Positions 9,588-19,424 are shown, counted from the first letter of the stretch. The stretch is 64,000 nucleotides of DNA from Candidatus Latescibacterota bacterium (GCA_965248435.1 OZ252100.1:1376001-1440000), one strand, 5' to 3'. Numbers and translations are program-made. The notes: generated from the letters alone by a model not told the origin.

Positions 9588-10100
9588 TCAGGCAGCCGAC
9601 CCAGGCTGCCGCATTTCCACGCCCGCCTTTTCAAGGATATTCACGATCTTGGGAACCGGGCACTTGAAGTGGCCGGCAATCTCAGCCAGTGTCTTCCCCT
9701 CTTGCGTATAGAGGCGGGCGATCTCTTCGCGAGATAGGACCTGCTCATAATCTTTGGTCCCCGTGAATCCGGCGTGTTTCCGAACCACGATATCGCCGGT
9801 CACGGATACTTGACACGAAAGTCTCAGGTTGCCTTTGAGCTGGATGAAGCGGAGGTTTTCCAGGGCTCCCTTTTTCGTAACACCTTCCTGGGGAATCACT
9901 TCGACGGTACAGGTACCGCAGGCGCCGTGCCCCTGGCAATTTACGTATTTTGCCAACCCGTTGTAGAGATCGATGTCGTGCTCGATCGCCAGCTCCCTGA
10001 GGTTGGTAAACGGCTTGCACTCCACCGTTTTGTCACAGTTCGAGAAGGTGACCTTGCACAGAGACTTGCGTTCCGGAAGACTGCCGATGAAGGTTGACAC
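9588..10100 (-). CDS. 2Fe-2S ferredoxin fused to a C-terminal helix-turn-helix
   Basis: CQGHGACGTC...RLSCQ Fer2 motif; C-terminal IARLYTQEGKTLAEIAGHFKCPVPKIVNILEKAGVEMR. Confidence 0.8.
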   Translation of the reverse strand: MSTFIGSLPERKSLCKVTFSNCDKTVECKPFTNLRELAIEHDIDLYNGLAKYVNCQGHGACGTCTVEVIPQEGVTKKGALENLRFIQLKGNLRLSCQVSVTGDIVVRKHAGFTGTKDYEQVLSREEIARLYTQEGKTLAEIAGHFKCPVPKIVNILEKAGVEMRQPGSAA

Positions 10101-10243
10101 TGGGTTCTCCGGTGAGTGACGCGTAAGAAAATTCGCGATCTCAAAGTAAGCATATCGCTGTTTCCAGACAAGAGGAAAATCAGTTCAGTAAAGTCTTCGC
10201 ACGACGAGACCGGCTTCATGATCTGACCCTATTGACGAATCCT

Positions 10244-10548
10244 AGAGGCAATTCCCGGTCTGGACCCTTCGACAGGCTCAGGGCAGGGACCGGTCCCACA
10301 AGTTATGTCTGGTTGCCAGTTGAGGAAAAAGTGTCATAGACATGGATTGAGGCAGTTTGATGTCAGGCCCGCACCCTTGGCTGTGGGACCCGACCCCGGC
10401 TTGAGGCACGCCGGGGCACGTCCAGTCGGGGAAGGGCTATCTGCGATCCAATCGAGCCCATTTGTAGGGGTGTTGCTATTCGCCCTCGAGATACCGGCTT
10501 TATGATCTGCCCCTATTATCCAATGCCAGAGGCAGTCCCGGTCTGGAG
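10244..10548. repeat. Cluster of REP-like palindromes (TGTGGGAC..arm-TCCA-arm) beside a RAYT remnant
   Basis: Copies at 10252-10300 (minus) and 10382-10433 (plus), partial copy at ~10528-10548; intact copy at 43011-43036. Confidence 0.7.
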
Positions 10549-10572
10549 CCGGATCATCTCCACTTAATAGTA

Positions 10573-10818
10573 ATGCTAGGAGAGCATCGATCCCTATCTC
10601 GAGTGGTCGCCTCATTCAGCAAACATACGTCTCGGGAAATCAATCGACATCTCGGTCGCTCTGGCCGTTTGTGGGAAAAGGGCTTTTATGAACGAAAGAT
10701 TCGCAACGAGGCTGAGCTCTTAAACCAACTCGGCTACATTAGAGAGAACCCCGTCAGAAAAGGCTACGTCGAGGGTGCGGGGGCTTGTCCCTATTGCGAT
10801 ATCTATCCAGAGTGGTGA
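10573..10818 (+). pseudogene. C-terminal fragment of a REP-associated tyrosine transposase (RAYT/Y1)
   Basis: SFSKHTSREIN..GRLWEKGFYERKIRNE..YIRENPVRKG; the HUH-bearing N-terminus is absent. Confidence 0.75.
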
Positions 10819-10858
10819 CCGAGAGAAATCCCAACATGATTGACGATGGAGGAGCCTA

Positions 10859-12478
10859 ATGACCGGTGGTGAAATCCTGATTGAATGTTTGAAGGCACAG
10901 GGCGTGCGCTGTCTGGTCGGAATGCCAGGCGTTCAGAACATCCACGTCTATGACGCGCTGTCCCGAACGGATGAGATCAAGCACTACCTGATCCGGAACG
11001 AGCAGACCTCCACCCTCGTGGCAAACGGTTATGCACGCGCTTCGGGCGAGCCAGGCGTTGCGCTCACAGTCTCCGGCCCGGGGGCGAGCAATGCCGCCAC
11101 GGGGATCGGAGACGCCTATGCGGACTGCGTACCGGTCCTGCTCGTCACGGGGGGAACGGCCGCCTCCTTGGATGGCCGAGATCGGAGCAAGTGTGTTCAC
11201 GGCCTGGACCAGGCCGCGTTCTTCGCGCCGATCACGCGATTCTTCGCACGCCCCAAGCAGGTCCAGGAGATTCCCCAGGCCGTCGTCGGGGCCTTCCGGG
11301 CATTGAGGGCACCGAGGCCGGGTCCGGCGGTCATCGAACTCCCGATCGACATCGTCACCTCCGAAGGAAGCGTCTCCATCCCCGCATTTGTTCCGGGGGA
11401 ACGACCGACTCCGGACACAGACTCAGTCCGACAGGCGGCGCGCGTCTTGCAGGGATGCAAGCGCCCGATTATCCTGGCGGGTGGAAACGTCATCGAGGCG
11501 AATGCGACTGGAGAGCTGTCGGACCTTGCGAAACAGATTCAGGCCCCCGTCATCTCGACTCGATTGGGAAAGGGCGCAGTGCCCGACACGCATCCTCTTT
11601 CCGCGGGCCACTGCAAAGCCAAACTTGCCAAATCCATCCTGAAGGAGGCAGACGGCGTGCTCATCACGGGATGTCGAATGACGGAGACGGACACTTCGGC
11701 CTGGAAGCTCGAGCTGCCTCCGTCTCGGGTGCAGCTGGACCCTGACCCGGAAGAGATCGGGCGGGAATACCCGGTCGATATCGGTGTGGTTGGGGATCTC
11801 AAGCAGTCGATTACGACACTGTCCGAGGGGGTCCGTGAAGGCAAGGCAGGCGCCTCGGAGTGGAACGGGAGGATCGATCAGCTTCGAGGAGAGCTGACGG
11901 CAGGCAGGCCCTCATTGCCGATCATGTCGGAGATGCGTGAGGTTCTTGCGGATGATGCGATTATCTCTGTGGACGTGACTTCAATCGCCTACCGAGCGTT
12001 CGATGAGTTTCCGATCACGGTCCCGCGGACCTTCTTATACCCGTGCCACTACATCACGCTCGGGTTTGCGCTGCCCGCGGCGATCGGCGCAAAGCTGGCG
12101 CATCCGGACCGGCAGGTCGTCGCATTCTGTGGCGACGGCGGATTTCAGATGACGGCCTACGAACTCGCGACGGCAGCTGAGCACGGGATCGACGTCGTGT
12201 TTGTCGTCATCAACGACGGAGGGCTCACTGCCATCCGGGGGGCTCAGGCAAAAGCGTTCAACGGACGCACGACCGATACCGGGATGAACACACCCCACCT
12301 CGCCGATCTTGCTCGGACGATGGGTGCTCGCGGTATCCGGGTTACCCATCCCGAAAAGTTTCAGGCCGTCTTTGCGGATGTCCTGGATCTCGAAGGTCCC
12401 ACCGTCGTCGAAGTTATGATGGAAGACCAGAGAGAGGGGATCATCAACCGTATTCCGTGGCTCTATCCCGACTCATGA
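10859..12478 (+). CDS. Thiamine pyrophosphate-binding protein (acetolactate synthase-like)
   Basis: RNE, GPGASNA, GFALPAAIGAK, GDGGF..N TPP motif. Confidence 0.9.
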   Translation: MTGGEILIECLKAQGVRCLVGMPGVQNIHVYDALSRTDEIKHYLIRNEQTSTLVANGYARASGEPGVALTVSGPGASNAATGIGDAYADCVPVLLVTGGTAASLDGRDRSKCVHGLDQAAFFAPITRFFARPKQVQEIPQAVVGAFRALRAPRPGPAVIELPIDIVTSEGSVSIPAFVPGERPTPDTDSVRQAARVLQGCKRPIILAGGNVIEANATGELSDLAKQIQAPVISTRLGKGAVPDTHPLSAGHCKAKLAKSILKEADGVLITGCRMTETDTSAWKLELPPSRVQLDPDPEEIGREYPVDIGVVGDLKQSITTLSEGVREGKAGASEWNGRIDQLRGELTAGRPSLPIMSEMREVLADDAIISVDVTSIAYRAFDEFPITVPRTFLYPCHYITLGFALPAAIGAKLAHPDRQVVAFCGDGGFQMTAYELATAAEHGIDVVFVVINDGGLTAIRGAQAKAFNGRTTDTGMNTPHLADLARTMGARGIRVTHPEKFQAVFADVLDLEGPTVVEVMMEDQREGIINRIPWLYPDS

Positions 12479-13282
12479 GTCAGATCCTGGAATTTCACGT
12501 CCGCAGTGCGGACAGACCTTCTTCTCTTCCCTCCTTCTCGCGATCTCCTCCGAAAATCCCGATCCCAGAATGCCGGCCGGAAGGGCAAACAAGCCGATCC
12601 CCATAAGGGCGATGACCGCCCCCAGGACCTTCCCGATGGGTGTAATCGGGTAGGCGTCACCATAGCCCACCGTCGTCAGTGTTACCATACCCCACCACAT
12701 GGCCGCTGGGATGCTGGAGAAGGCCTCTGGCTGAGATTTGTGCTCTGCGTAGTACATCAAACTCGAGGCCAAAACGAGCATAATCAGCAGAACAAACATG
12801 GTGACATAGAGCTCTCCCCGTTTGAGTCTGAGCACTCGCCCCAAAGACATCATGGATTCGGAGTATCTGGCCAGCTTGAACAGACGGAAGAGCCTGAACA
12901 GCCGCAGGGATCTCATCACCCGGAGGTCGACAGGAAGGATCTTCAGATAAAACGGCAAAATAGCGATCAGATCGATCAGGGCCATCGGAGTGATCAGGAA
13001 CTTCAACCTGCCGCTGACGGGATGTTTAAAGTCTTCATCCGCGGTAGAGCTCCAAAGTCGCAGCAGGTACTCCACCGTAAAAACGAGAACCGAAAAAATC
13101 TCGAAATATTCGAAGAAGGCGGCATACCTCGACGAAAGCTCTTCCATCGTCTCCAGAATGACCATGACGATGTTGAGGATGATAAGGCAGACGATGAAAA
13201 GATCGACCAGCCTGCTTGTCAAGTCCCCGTCCGATGCCTTTTCTAGAATCTCGTATGTTCGATCTTTTGCGCTTTTGCCCAT
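12473..13282 (-). CDS. Voltage-gated potassium channel / ion transporter
   Basis: S4 RVMRSLRLFRLFRLFK; TTVGYGD filter; C-terminal CPHCG. Confidence 0.92.
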   Translation of the reverse strand: MGKSAKDRTYEILEKASDGDLTSRLVDLFIVCLIILNIVMVILETMEELSSRYAAFFEYFEIFSVLVFTVEYLLRLWSSTADEDFKHPVSGRLKFLITPMALIDLIAILPFYLKILPVDLRVMRSLRLFRLFRLFKLARYSESMMSLGRVLRLKRGELYVTMFVLLIMLVLASSLMYYAEHKSQPEAFSSIPAAMWWGMVTLTTVGYGDAYPITPIGKVLGAVIALMGIGLFALPAGILGSGFSEEIARRREEKKVCPHCGREIPGSDS

Positions 13283-13294
13283 GTTCGAAATCCT

Positions 13295-14062
13295 TTACTC
13301 GCTTGCTGAGGTTTCTCTTTGGGTCGTGGATCGCGATCTGTCCGGGTGCTCGTCCACACCCTCCTGAGTCTGATCCATCTCGCGATTTCCGTCTTCTGTG
13401 ATACTCGACCAAAGAGAGATCTCACGCTTTCCTTGAAGAGACAGCTCGTAGATGCCGAGTGACGCTCTGTCGAACCAGCCGTATACATTCTTATAAAGAA
13501 TATCCCTCGCTTTCGGCTCTCGAAGTTTCTCGGCGACCCGGGAAGCCTTTGTCGGCCCGTTCCCCTCCAGGAGCCGGGCGATCCTCAACGCCCTCTGTCG
13601 GTAGGCCGTCATGAGGCCCCTTCTCCGATCGGCTCCGCCCTGATTCGGGTCGCCCACACGCTGAACGAACTCGCCAAGCAGGCGCTCTCGCCGTTTTTTT
13701 GACCTGCGGGGTCTGTATTCGCCCGGATCGAGAAGTACGTCCACACCACCCGCCTCCAGGCGAGGATCTACCAGGAGTAGACCCAACCCGAGCATTCTGA
13801 GCAGCTTGAGGATCTGTCGCCGTCGCGCCTTGAGGATTGCGTTTCCCGCGGGGATGCCTACATACACCTTCGGGGTCAGGGCGAGTCTCTCAACAGCCTG
13901 CATAACGACGTTGAGATTCAGGGAGAGTTTGAGTTCGACAACGACTGGATCCTCGCACCCACGCACGGCCAGAACATCGCAGTCGTGGACCTCGCCCTTT
14001 ACCTCAAAATTCTGAGATTCAAGGAATCGTTTTACAGGAAGGTATAGATTCGCTTCTTTCAA
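13295..14062 (-). CDS. DUF2161-family putative PD-(D/E)XK nuclease-fold protein
   Basis: KEANLYLPVK..VKGEV.DCDV..VVELK, GDPNQGG, TAYRQRAL, NVYGWF; TTG start at 14062 inferred. Confidence 0.75.
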   Translation of the reverse strand: MKEANLYLPVKRFLESQNFEVKGEVHDCDVLAVRGCEDPVVVELKLSLNLNVVMQAVERLALTPKVYVGIPAGNAILKARRRQILKLLRMLGLGLLLVDPRLEAGGVDVLLDPGEYRPRRSKKRRERLLGEFVQRVGDPNQGGADRRRGLMTAYRQRALRIARLLEGNGPTKASRVAEKLREPKARDILYKNVYGWFDRASLGIYELSLQGKREISLWSSITEDGNREMDQTQEGVDEHPDRSRSTTQRETSASE

Positions 14063-14133
14063 ACTTTTATCCAAGGCTTCGAACGCGCGTGGCCGCACGT
14101 CGGCGTCCGATCGATCGTACCAACAACAGAACA

Positions 14134-14159
14134 GGCGACAGCCACCTTTGGCTGTCGCC
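14134..14159 (-). terminator. GC-rich hairpin downstream of the radical SAM gene
   Basis: GGCGACAGCCA-CCTT-TGGCTGTCGCC. Confidence 0.55.
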
Positions 14160-14219
14160 CGCTTTCCTAACCCCATAGGGTCACGTTCATTTCATAAGTC
14201 TGGAGAATCTCGCGATTTG

Positions 14220-16064
14220 CTACCGCAGTTCCCGTGACAGACCGCGCCCATCTCTGGCATACGTTTCCAGGATTTCTTCAATTTCACGCTGGAATTTCTC
14301 GAGCGGTTCGCGTACCTGGTTGCGGAACTCTTCCCTCAGCAAGGAGTGGTGCTCCTGTGCAATGGTTTGGAGTTGCCTCGCGGCCTGGTGAAGATCGATG
14401 TGCTCGAGATGCTCGAACCCGCCGTGAAAGGCCTGCATGAGCCGGCTCGCGTAAGCCCCCACGTTTCGCTGGATGGCCTCCCGGTAGCCCTTACAGTGTC
14501 TTTCCAGATACTCCAGAGCTTCAGGGAAAAAGGTCTTCATCTCATCCACGTGCATTGCCTGCTGCGTGGAGACAATCAAGTGATGACCCTGTACGGCCAG
14601 CCGCACTGCGTTTGCGAACGACCGGGGGTGGTACCTCAACGCCTTGTAAAAGTATTTCCAGTAATCCCACTTGTAGTTGCCGGCGAACCCCTGTCTCCAT
14701 AGGGAGCGGAAGAACGCCATGGTCTCCGGGAGTCGAATCGTCGTTTTTCCGAGGGGACGTCTACCCTGGTGTTTGAAAAGTGTCAGGCACCGCTCAAAGA
14801 AGATCTCCGGACTGTTGAGTGTCTCCACAACCCGTCTGTGTCGGTCGAAAAGTTCCTCCGGTTCGATGATCGGAACAAAGCTGAGTTCCCGGCTGAAGAT
14901 GCCGGAGTCTCCGGTGTACTTTACGCCTTCGACCAGACGACCCAAACGACTGAACCGCTTATAGTCTGGTGTGTCTCGAAGCACACCCAAAATGCCCACC
15001 ATGGCAACCGGAATGCCTGCTTCCTGAATAAAGGAGATCATCCGATCTGCAATGTCGTCCGGATCTGTGTCAAGTCCCATGATGAAGCCGGCCTGGACTT
15101 CGAACCCGTACTCCTGAAGGATCTTCACCTTGTCGAGAAGCGAAGTATTTCCCTGCAGGTTCTTCTGGGCACCCATGAACTTCAAGCTCTCCTCGACTGG
15201 AGACTCGATACCGGCGAATACCTTGTCGAACCCGGCCTGATACATCGCCTCCAGCAACGCAGGATCATCGCTCACTCGAATACTCGCCTGGGTATGGAAC
15301 TGAAAGGGGTAACCGCGCGCCTGCTGCCACGGAACGACCTCTTCCTCCAGTCCGATCCTGATCTCGTCCTTGTTCCCGACAAAATTGTCGTCCACCGCCA
15401 TAACAGACCCAATCCACCCGGCATCATACAGTGCGTCCAGCTCCTGGACCATACGGCTCTTGCTCTTGATCCGAGTCATCTTCCCGTAGAGCGAGGGGAT
15501 GTTGCAGAAGGTGCAGCTTTCAGGACATCCCCGCGTCATCTGGACCACCATGCTGCTGTAGTCTTTGAAATCGATGAGATCCCATCTTGGGAGCGGGGTC
15601 TTGCTCAGCTCCAGAAACTGGCCCCTGCGGTCGATATATTCTCGTTTAGAGCTGGCCCCGTTCTTGACCAGGTTTTCCAGGATATCCAGGAACCCGGTCT
15701 CCGCCTCCCCGAGAAAGAAGACGGCGTCTCCTTCGATTTCCTCGTAATACTGTGTCGGGAGGGGTCCCCCATTCAGCACGGGAATCCCGCGGGCGTTACA
15801 CCTGGCCATGACCCTTTCCAGGGAGTGCCAGTGGATGATCATGGTGGAGGTCAGCACGACGTCGGCCCAGTCCAGGTCCTCATCCGTCAGCGGCTTGACG
15901 TTCATATCCACCAGACGGAGTTCGTACTCCTCCGGCATCATCCCCGCGATCGTCAACAGGCCCAGAGGGGGGAACGCGGACTGTTTTCCAACCATCTTCA
16001 GGGCTTCGTCGAAACTCCAGAAGGTGATGGGATTCTCCGGAAAAACGAGCAGTGCTTTCGGCAT
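14220..16064 (-). CDS. B12-binding radical SAM protein (DUF4070-type C-terminus)
   Basis: PPLGLLT, GGP, RGCPESCTFC, DDNF, GIES. Confidence 0.9.
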   Translation of the reverse strand: MPKALLVFPENPITFWSFDEALKMVGKQSAFPPLGLLTIAGMMPEEYELRLVDMNVKPLTDEDLDWADVVLTSTMIIHWHSLERVMARCNARGIPVLNGGPLPTQYYEEIEGDAVFFLGEAETGFLDILENLVKNGASSKREYIDRRGQFLELSKTPLPRWDLIDFKDYSSMVVQMTRGCPESCTFCNIPSLYGKMTRIKSKSRMVQELDALYDAGWIGSVMAVDDNFVGNKDEIRIGLEEEVVPWQQARGYPFQFHTQASIRVSDDPALLEAMYQAGFDKVFAGIESPVEESLKFMGAQKNLQGNTSLLDKVKILQEYGFEVQAGFIMGLDTDPDDIADRMISFIQEAGIPVAMVGILGVLRDTPDYKRFSRLGRLVEGVKYTGDSGIFSRELSFVPIIEPEELFDRHRRVVETLNSPEIFFERCLTLFKHQGRRPLGKTTIRLPETMAFFRSLWRQGFAGNYKWDYWKYFYKALRYHPRSFANAVRLAVQGHHLIVSTQQAMHVDEMKTFFPEALEYLERHCKGYREAIQRNVGAYASRLMQAFHGGFEHLEHIDLHQAARQLQTIAQEHHSLLREEFRNQVREPLEKFQREIEEILETYARDGRGLSRELR

Positions 16065-16100
16065 TCGGCGCCTACCTTACAGTTTTCGGAACTACCAGAC

Positions 16101-16196
16101 AAAAAAATGCCCCGGAAGGCTAGGGGAGCCAAATAGATGATCCGTCCCTCCCGTTACGGCATCCTTCCCCCGACGAATGACCTTCCTGGGATGTTA
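16101..16196 (-). ncRNA. Candidate small structured RNA or leader ending in a U7 tract
   Basis: CCCAGGAAGG/CCTTCCGGGG outer stem, nested inner stems, six GGA motifs, TATATT just upstream. Confidence 0.35.
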
Positions 16197-16385
16197 GCTG
16201 TCAATATAAGTCATTTTTTCGACGCACCCAACAAAAAAGACTCCATCTCGTCTCCTCCAGCAGGGCCCCTGAATCTGATTCGACCGGGTAAATTTGAGAA
16301 TAATCCTGCACAGAAGGGGTGAGGTAACACATTGTTATTATTGACAGATAAATCGAATCCCTACGTTTTTGGGACGAAATGCTCC

Positions 16386-16727
16386 CTATCGGCTGATGGT
16401 TTCAGGCGCCAGAGGGTATTTCCCGTACTTTTGCCCGGCACGAACCATCGCCAGGTAATTCTCGGGATCGACGGACGAGTGTATGCTGTCGCTGGAACTG
16501 AGCATGAGGCCGCCGCCCATCCCCGCGTCCGCGACGCACTTGGCAACCGCGTCTTCAACAGACTCCAGCGATCCGTGGCTGAGCAATTCACCACAATCGA
16601 TGTTTCCGATCAGGCGAACGCGGTCACCGTACTTTCGCTTGACCTCTCCGATGTCCATCCCTACGATCGGCACCTGGTCTGGTTCTTCCCCTTTCATCGC
16701 CGCAAAGACCCGCTCTGCAGAATCCAT
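16386..16727 (-). pseudogene. URO-D/MtaA-family gene with a large in-frame internal deletion
   Basis: N-terminal ERVFAAMKGEEPDQVP joined directly to C-terminal GMDIGEVKRKYG..GNID..GGGLMLSSS. Confidence 0.7.
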
Positions 16728-16760
16728 GACACACCTCCTGGATGATTTCCTTCAACAATG

Positions 16761-16825
16761 ATTCCGTATCTCGTGAAACGTATCTCATCCGCAATCCACA
16801 ATCCGGAATCGATCACCGATCCACA
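16761..16825. repeat. Degenerate heptamer array
   Basis: atccgca atccaca atccgga atcgatc. Confidence 0.5.
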
Positions 16826-16829
16826 CGTT

Positions 16830-18044
16830 TCAGGATTTCGACTCCGCCGCTTCCGGTGCCGTCGATAGATCCAGGCCTGTTTGTTCGCGCTTTCGCATAA
16901 CCTCCGGCTTTACCCACTGGCTCACGATCAGTGAGATCACGGCCATAACCGAACCACTGAAGAAGATGATCTCGTAACCGAAGTAATGCCACGCCAGACC
17001 TCCCGTGACCGGGCCGATCACCGCGGCGATGTGGTTCATCGTCACGCCCATCGAAAGCGTCGGACCGAGGTCGCCCTTGTCTGCAATCTTGTGAATGTAG
17101 GTCGTGAGGGCGATCCCGCCGATAAAGAGGAGGTTATCGATGCAATAGATCACATAAAGCGTAGGCCTGTGTTGAACGATCGCATAACCCGCAAACACGA
17201 ACGCGAGGCCGAGGTAGCTGTAGCTCAACATCAAACGTTCCCCATACCGGTCGACGAGCCGGCCCATCAAGGGCGACGTAAGTGTTGACATCACCTGGTT
17301 GATCAACACCAGGATCATCGTCGTCTGCACGGGCATGCCGTGGACCTTTACCAGTGCAAAGATCGCGAAGGTCGTAAACATCTGTCTCCGCCATCCCGAG
17401 AGGACGTGGAGCCCGTAGAAGACCCCGTACCGCCGTTTGAGGACGAACCTCCGATCCGGTACCTCCGGCCGCTTTCGAGAAGCGAACATCAGCACCCCCC
17501 CCCCGAGCACCGTCGCCGTCCCGGCTGCTACATAGAGCCCTTCGTAGTCCATGAAACGGAACGTAAAAATGCAGATCCCGATCGTAATCAGCCATCCCAG
17601 ACTCGTCGCGCTTCGCAGCTCCCCCAGCCATTTTCCTTTCTTTCCCTCCGGAGAAAACGTGAGGGCCATCGTCTGTTCAAGTGGAAGCCAGCAGTGGAAT
17701 CCGAGGCTCCAGATCACGGAGTAGATCGCCAGGGAATAGACGCTCGAGACCTGAGCATAGGCCGCAATCCCCAGGCCCATCACGATCAGAGATACCCCTC
17801 CGACAATCGGGAGAGCCAGCCGGATCATCAGAGCGATGAAGAGGGCGTTCAGGAATCCGGGAACCTCGCGCAGGGATTCGATGGCGCCCAGCTCGTGGGC
17901 CTCGATTCCGAGTCTTTCTACGATGAAGTTGTTGAACAACGTGAGCTGAACGCCGTAGAAGACGCCTACCGAAAAGGCCGCTGATGCCAGCAGCGCGAAA
18001 TTCCGGTTCCAGTCCGAGAACCTTCGCTTTAGGTAGTAGACCAT
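16830..18044 (-). CDS. MFS transporter
   Basis: About 12 TM helices; GRLVDRYGER motif A. Confidence 0.88.
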   Translation of the reverse strand: MVYYLKRRFSDWNRNFALLASAAFSVGVFYGVQLTLFNNFIVERLGIEAHELGAIESLREVPGFLNALFIALMIRLALPIVGGVSLIVMGLGIAAYAQVSSVYSLAIYSVIWSLGFHCWLPLEQTMALTFSPEGKKGKWLGELRSATSLGWLITIGICIFTFRFMDYEGLYVAAGTATVLGGGVLMFASRKRPEVPDRRFVLKRRYGVFYGLHVLSGWRRQMFTTFAIFALVKVHGMPVQTTMILVLINQVMSTLTSPLMGRLVDRYGERLMLSYSYLGLAFVFAGYAIVQHRPTLYVIYCIDNLLFIGGIALTTYIHKIADKGDLGPTLSMGVTMNHIAAVIGPVTGGLAWHYFGYEIIFFSGSVMAVISLIVSQWVKPEVMRKREQTGLDLSTAPEAAESKS

Positions 18045-18060
18045 TCAGTCTCCGAAAAAA

Positions 18061-18156
18061 GTTTCCGGTTTCGAGTTTTCAGTTTCTAGTCCTATCGTCC
18101 ATTTTTGAGCGACCTTGCATTCCTGCCTTTAACTCGAAACCAGAAACCTGAAACTG
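18061..18156. repeat. Inverted heptamer tandem array
   Basis: gtttccg gtttcga gttttca gtttcta ... aactcga aaccaga aacctga aact. Confidence 0.7.
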
Positions 18157-18158
18157 AT

Positions 18159-19100
18159 TCAGTTAGCTAGAGGCTCCCAGATCTCTCCGAAGATGGATCG
18201 CAACCTCACAACGTCTGCATCCGGCAGAGGCGGCCCCAGGATGGCCTCCACATTGTCCTCTAGATGATCGATGTTCGAAGTGCCTGTGAGCACGGTGCTC
18301 ACTGCGGGATGTGCGGCCACATATTTGTAACCCGCCGCAGGCAGTGAGGTCACGTGTCCCTTCACCAGCCAGCCCAGGGGGTCATCGTCCGGCAAAGCGG
18401 TTTTGGCAATCAGACCTTTCGCCTTGGCCTCGGCAATCCGCTTCCGCATGTGCTCCGGCCTGCTGAGCGCCCTCCGGACCGGCATCATGCAGATCGCTCC
18501 GACGTCCTTTCGCTCGCAGATCGGGAGAATGACCTGCTCCGGATTGGGGTTCATCAGGTTATAACCCACCATCACAGTGTCGAACGTGTCATCGGCCAGG
18601 GCCAGACCGAGCGAGTCGTGGCGCCCGTCCTGGGAGTGATTCTCCGTGATTCCTACAAAACGGAATTTCCCCTGCTCCTGGAGTCGGAGCACGGCCGGCA
18701 GGGTCATTTCCACCGCCTCCCGGTACTCCCCGGGCAGTACTCCGTGAAGCTGAAATAGATCGATCGTATCCACGTTCAGGCTCCTGAGACTCCTTTCGAC
18801 GGATTCGATCAGCCCATCTTCGCTCGTGACCTTCCCTTCCCAAACCGGGTGGAACTTGGTCGCCACGATGTAGGCGTCCCTCGGCACGCCCCGAAGCGCC
18901 CGCCCCAGAATCGCTTCGCTCTCTCCATACGCTGCGGCCGAATCGAAAAAATTGATCCCCAGGTCCAGGGCACGCCTGACCAGCCGTGCGATCTCCGACT
19001 CAGAAACCCCCGATGTCTGCCCGAATTGACTCGGTCCACCCGTGCCGATCCCCAGAAGAGACACGCTGAGCCCGGTCCGGCCAAGGATTCGGTAGTCCAT
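18159..19100 (-). CDS. Aldo/keto reductase
   Basis: LGRTGLSVS, FDSAAAYG, ATK, SLRSLNVDTIDLFQLH. Confidence 0.9.
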   Translation of the reverse strand: MDYRILGRTGLSVSLLGIGTGGPSQFGQTSGVSESEIARLVRRALDLGINFFDSAAAYGESEAILGRALRGVPRDAYIVATKFHPVWEGKVTSEDGLIESVERSLRSLNVDTIDLFQLHGVLPGEYREAVEMTLPAVLRLQEQGKFRFVGITENHSQDGRHDSLGLALADDTFDTVMVGYNLMNPNPEQVILPICERKDVGAICMMPVRRALSRPEHMRKRIAEAKAKGLIAKTALPDDDPLGWLVKGHVTSLPAAGYKYVAAHPAVSTVLTGTSNIDHLEDNVEAILGPPLPDADVVRLRSIFGEIWEPLAN

Positions 19101-19329
19101 CAAACCGCCCCTCCGCTCGATTGAAAATGTCGCCAGAAACATCCAGAGGTGATCGAAAACAACCGAACTTGAAACTTCTCTAATTTTTCAGCGTTCATTT
19201 GATTAGGAATATATTAATCAGTCTGGATCAGCAAAGCCCTTTTCGTACGGGTCCTCCTTCACAACTTCTTCCAACATACATAGTTTTAATAGTGTTACTC
19301 TATTTCGAAAGAATTCTCTGAAAACTTCA

Positions 19330-19386
19330 TTGACAAAGGTTAAAACAGTCGTATTTTTAAAACGATCGATTAAATCATGCGTTTAA
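19330..19386 (+). promoter_or_regulatory. Sigma70-like promoter and probable TetR operator
   Basis: TTGACA(19330)-16 nt-TATTTT, overlapped by imperfect palindromes (AAAACGATCGATTAAA; AAATCATGCGTTT). Confidence 0.5.
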
Positions 19387-19424
19387 TTCTCTGACGGTTT
19401 ATTCTCCTGATAAGGAGAGATTGG

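Noticed and set aside
14769-16136. Long antisense ORFs (also 3954-4874, 23327-24625, 54384-55508, 61860-63008)
   Set aside because: Shadow frames opposite well-supported genes in GC-rich DNA, with no recognisable motifs.
16101-16200. Cobalamin or SAM riboswitch upstream of the B12 radical SAM gene
   Set aside because: No B12-box or SAM-I core consensus seen; kept only as an unclassified candidate RNA.
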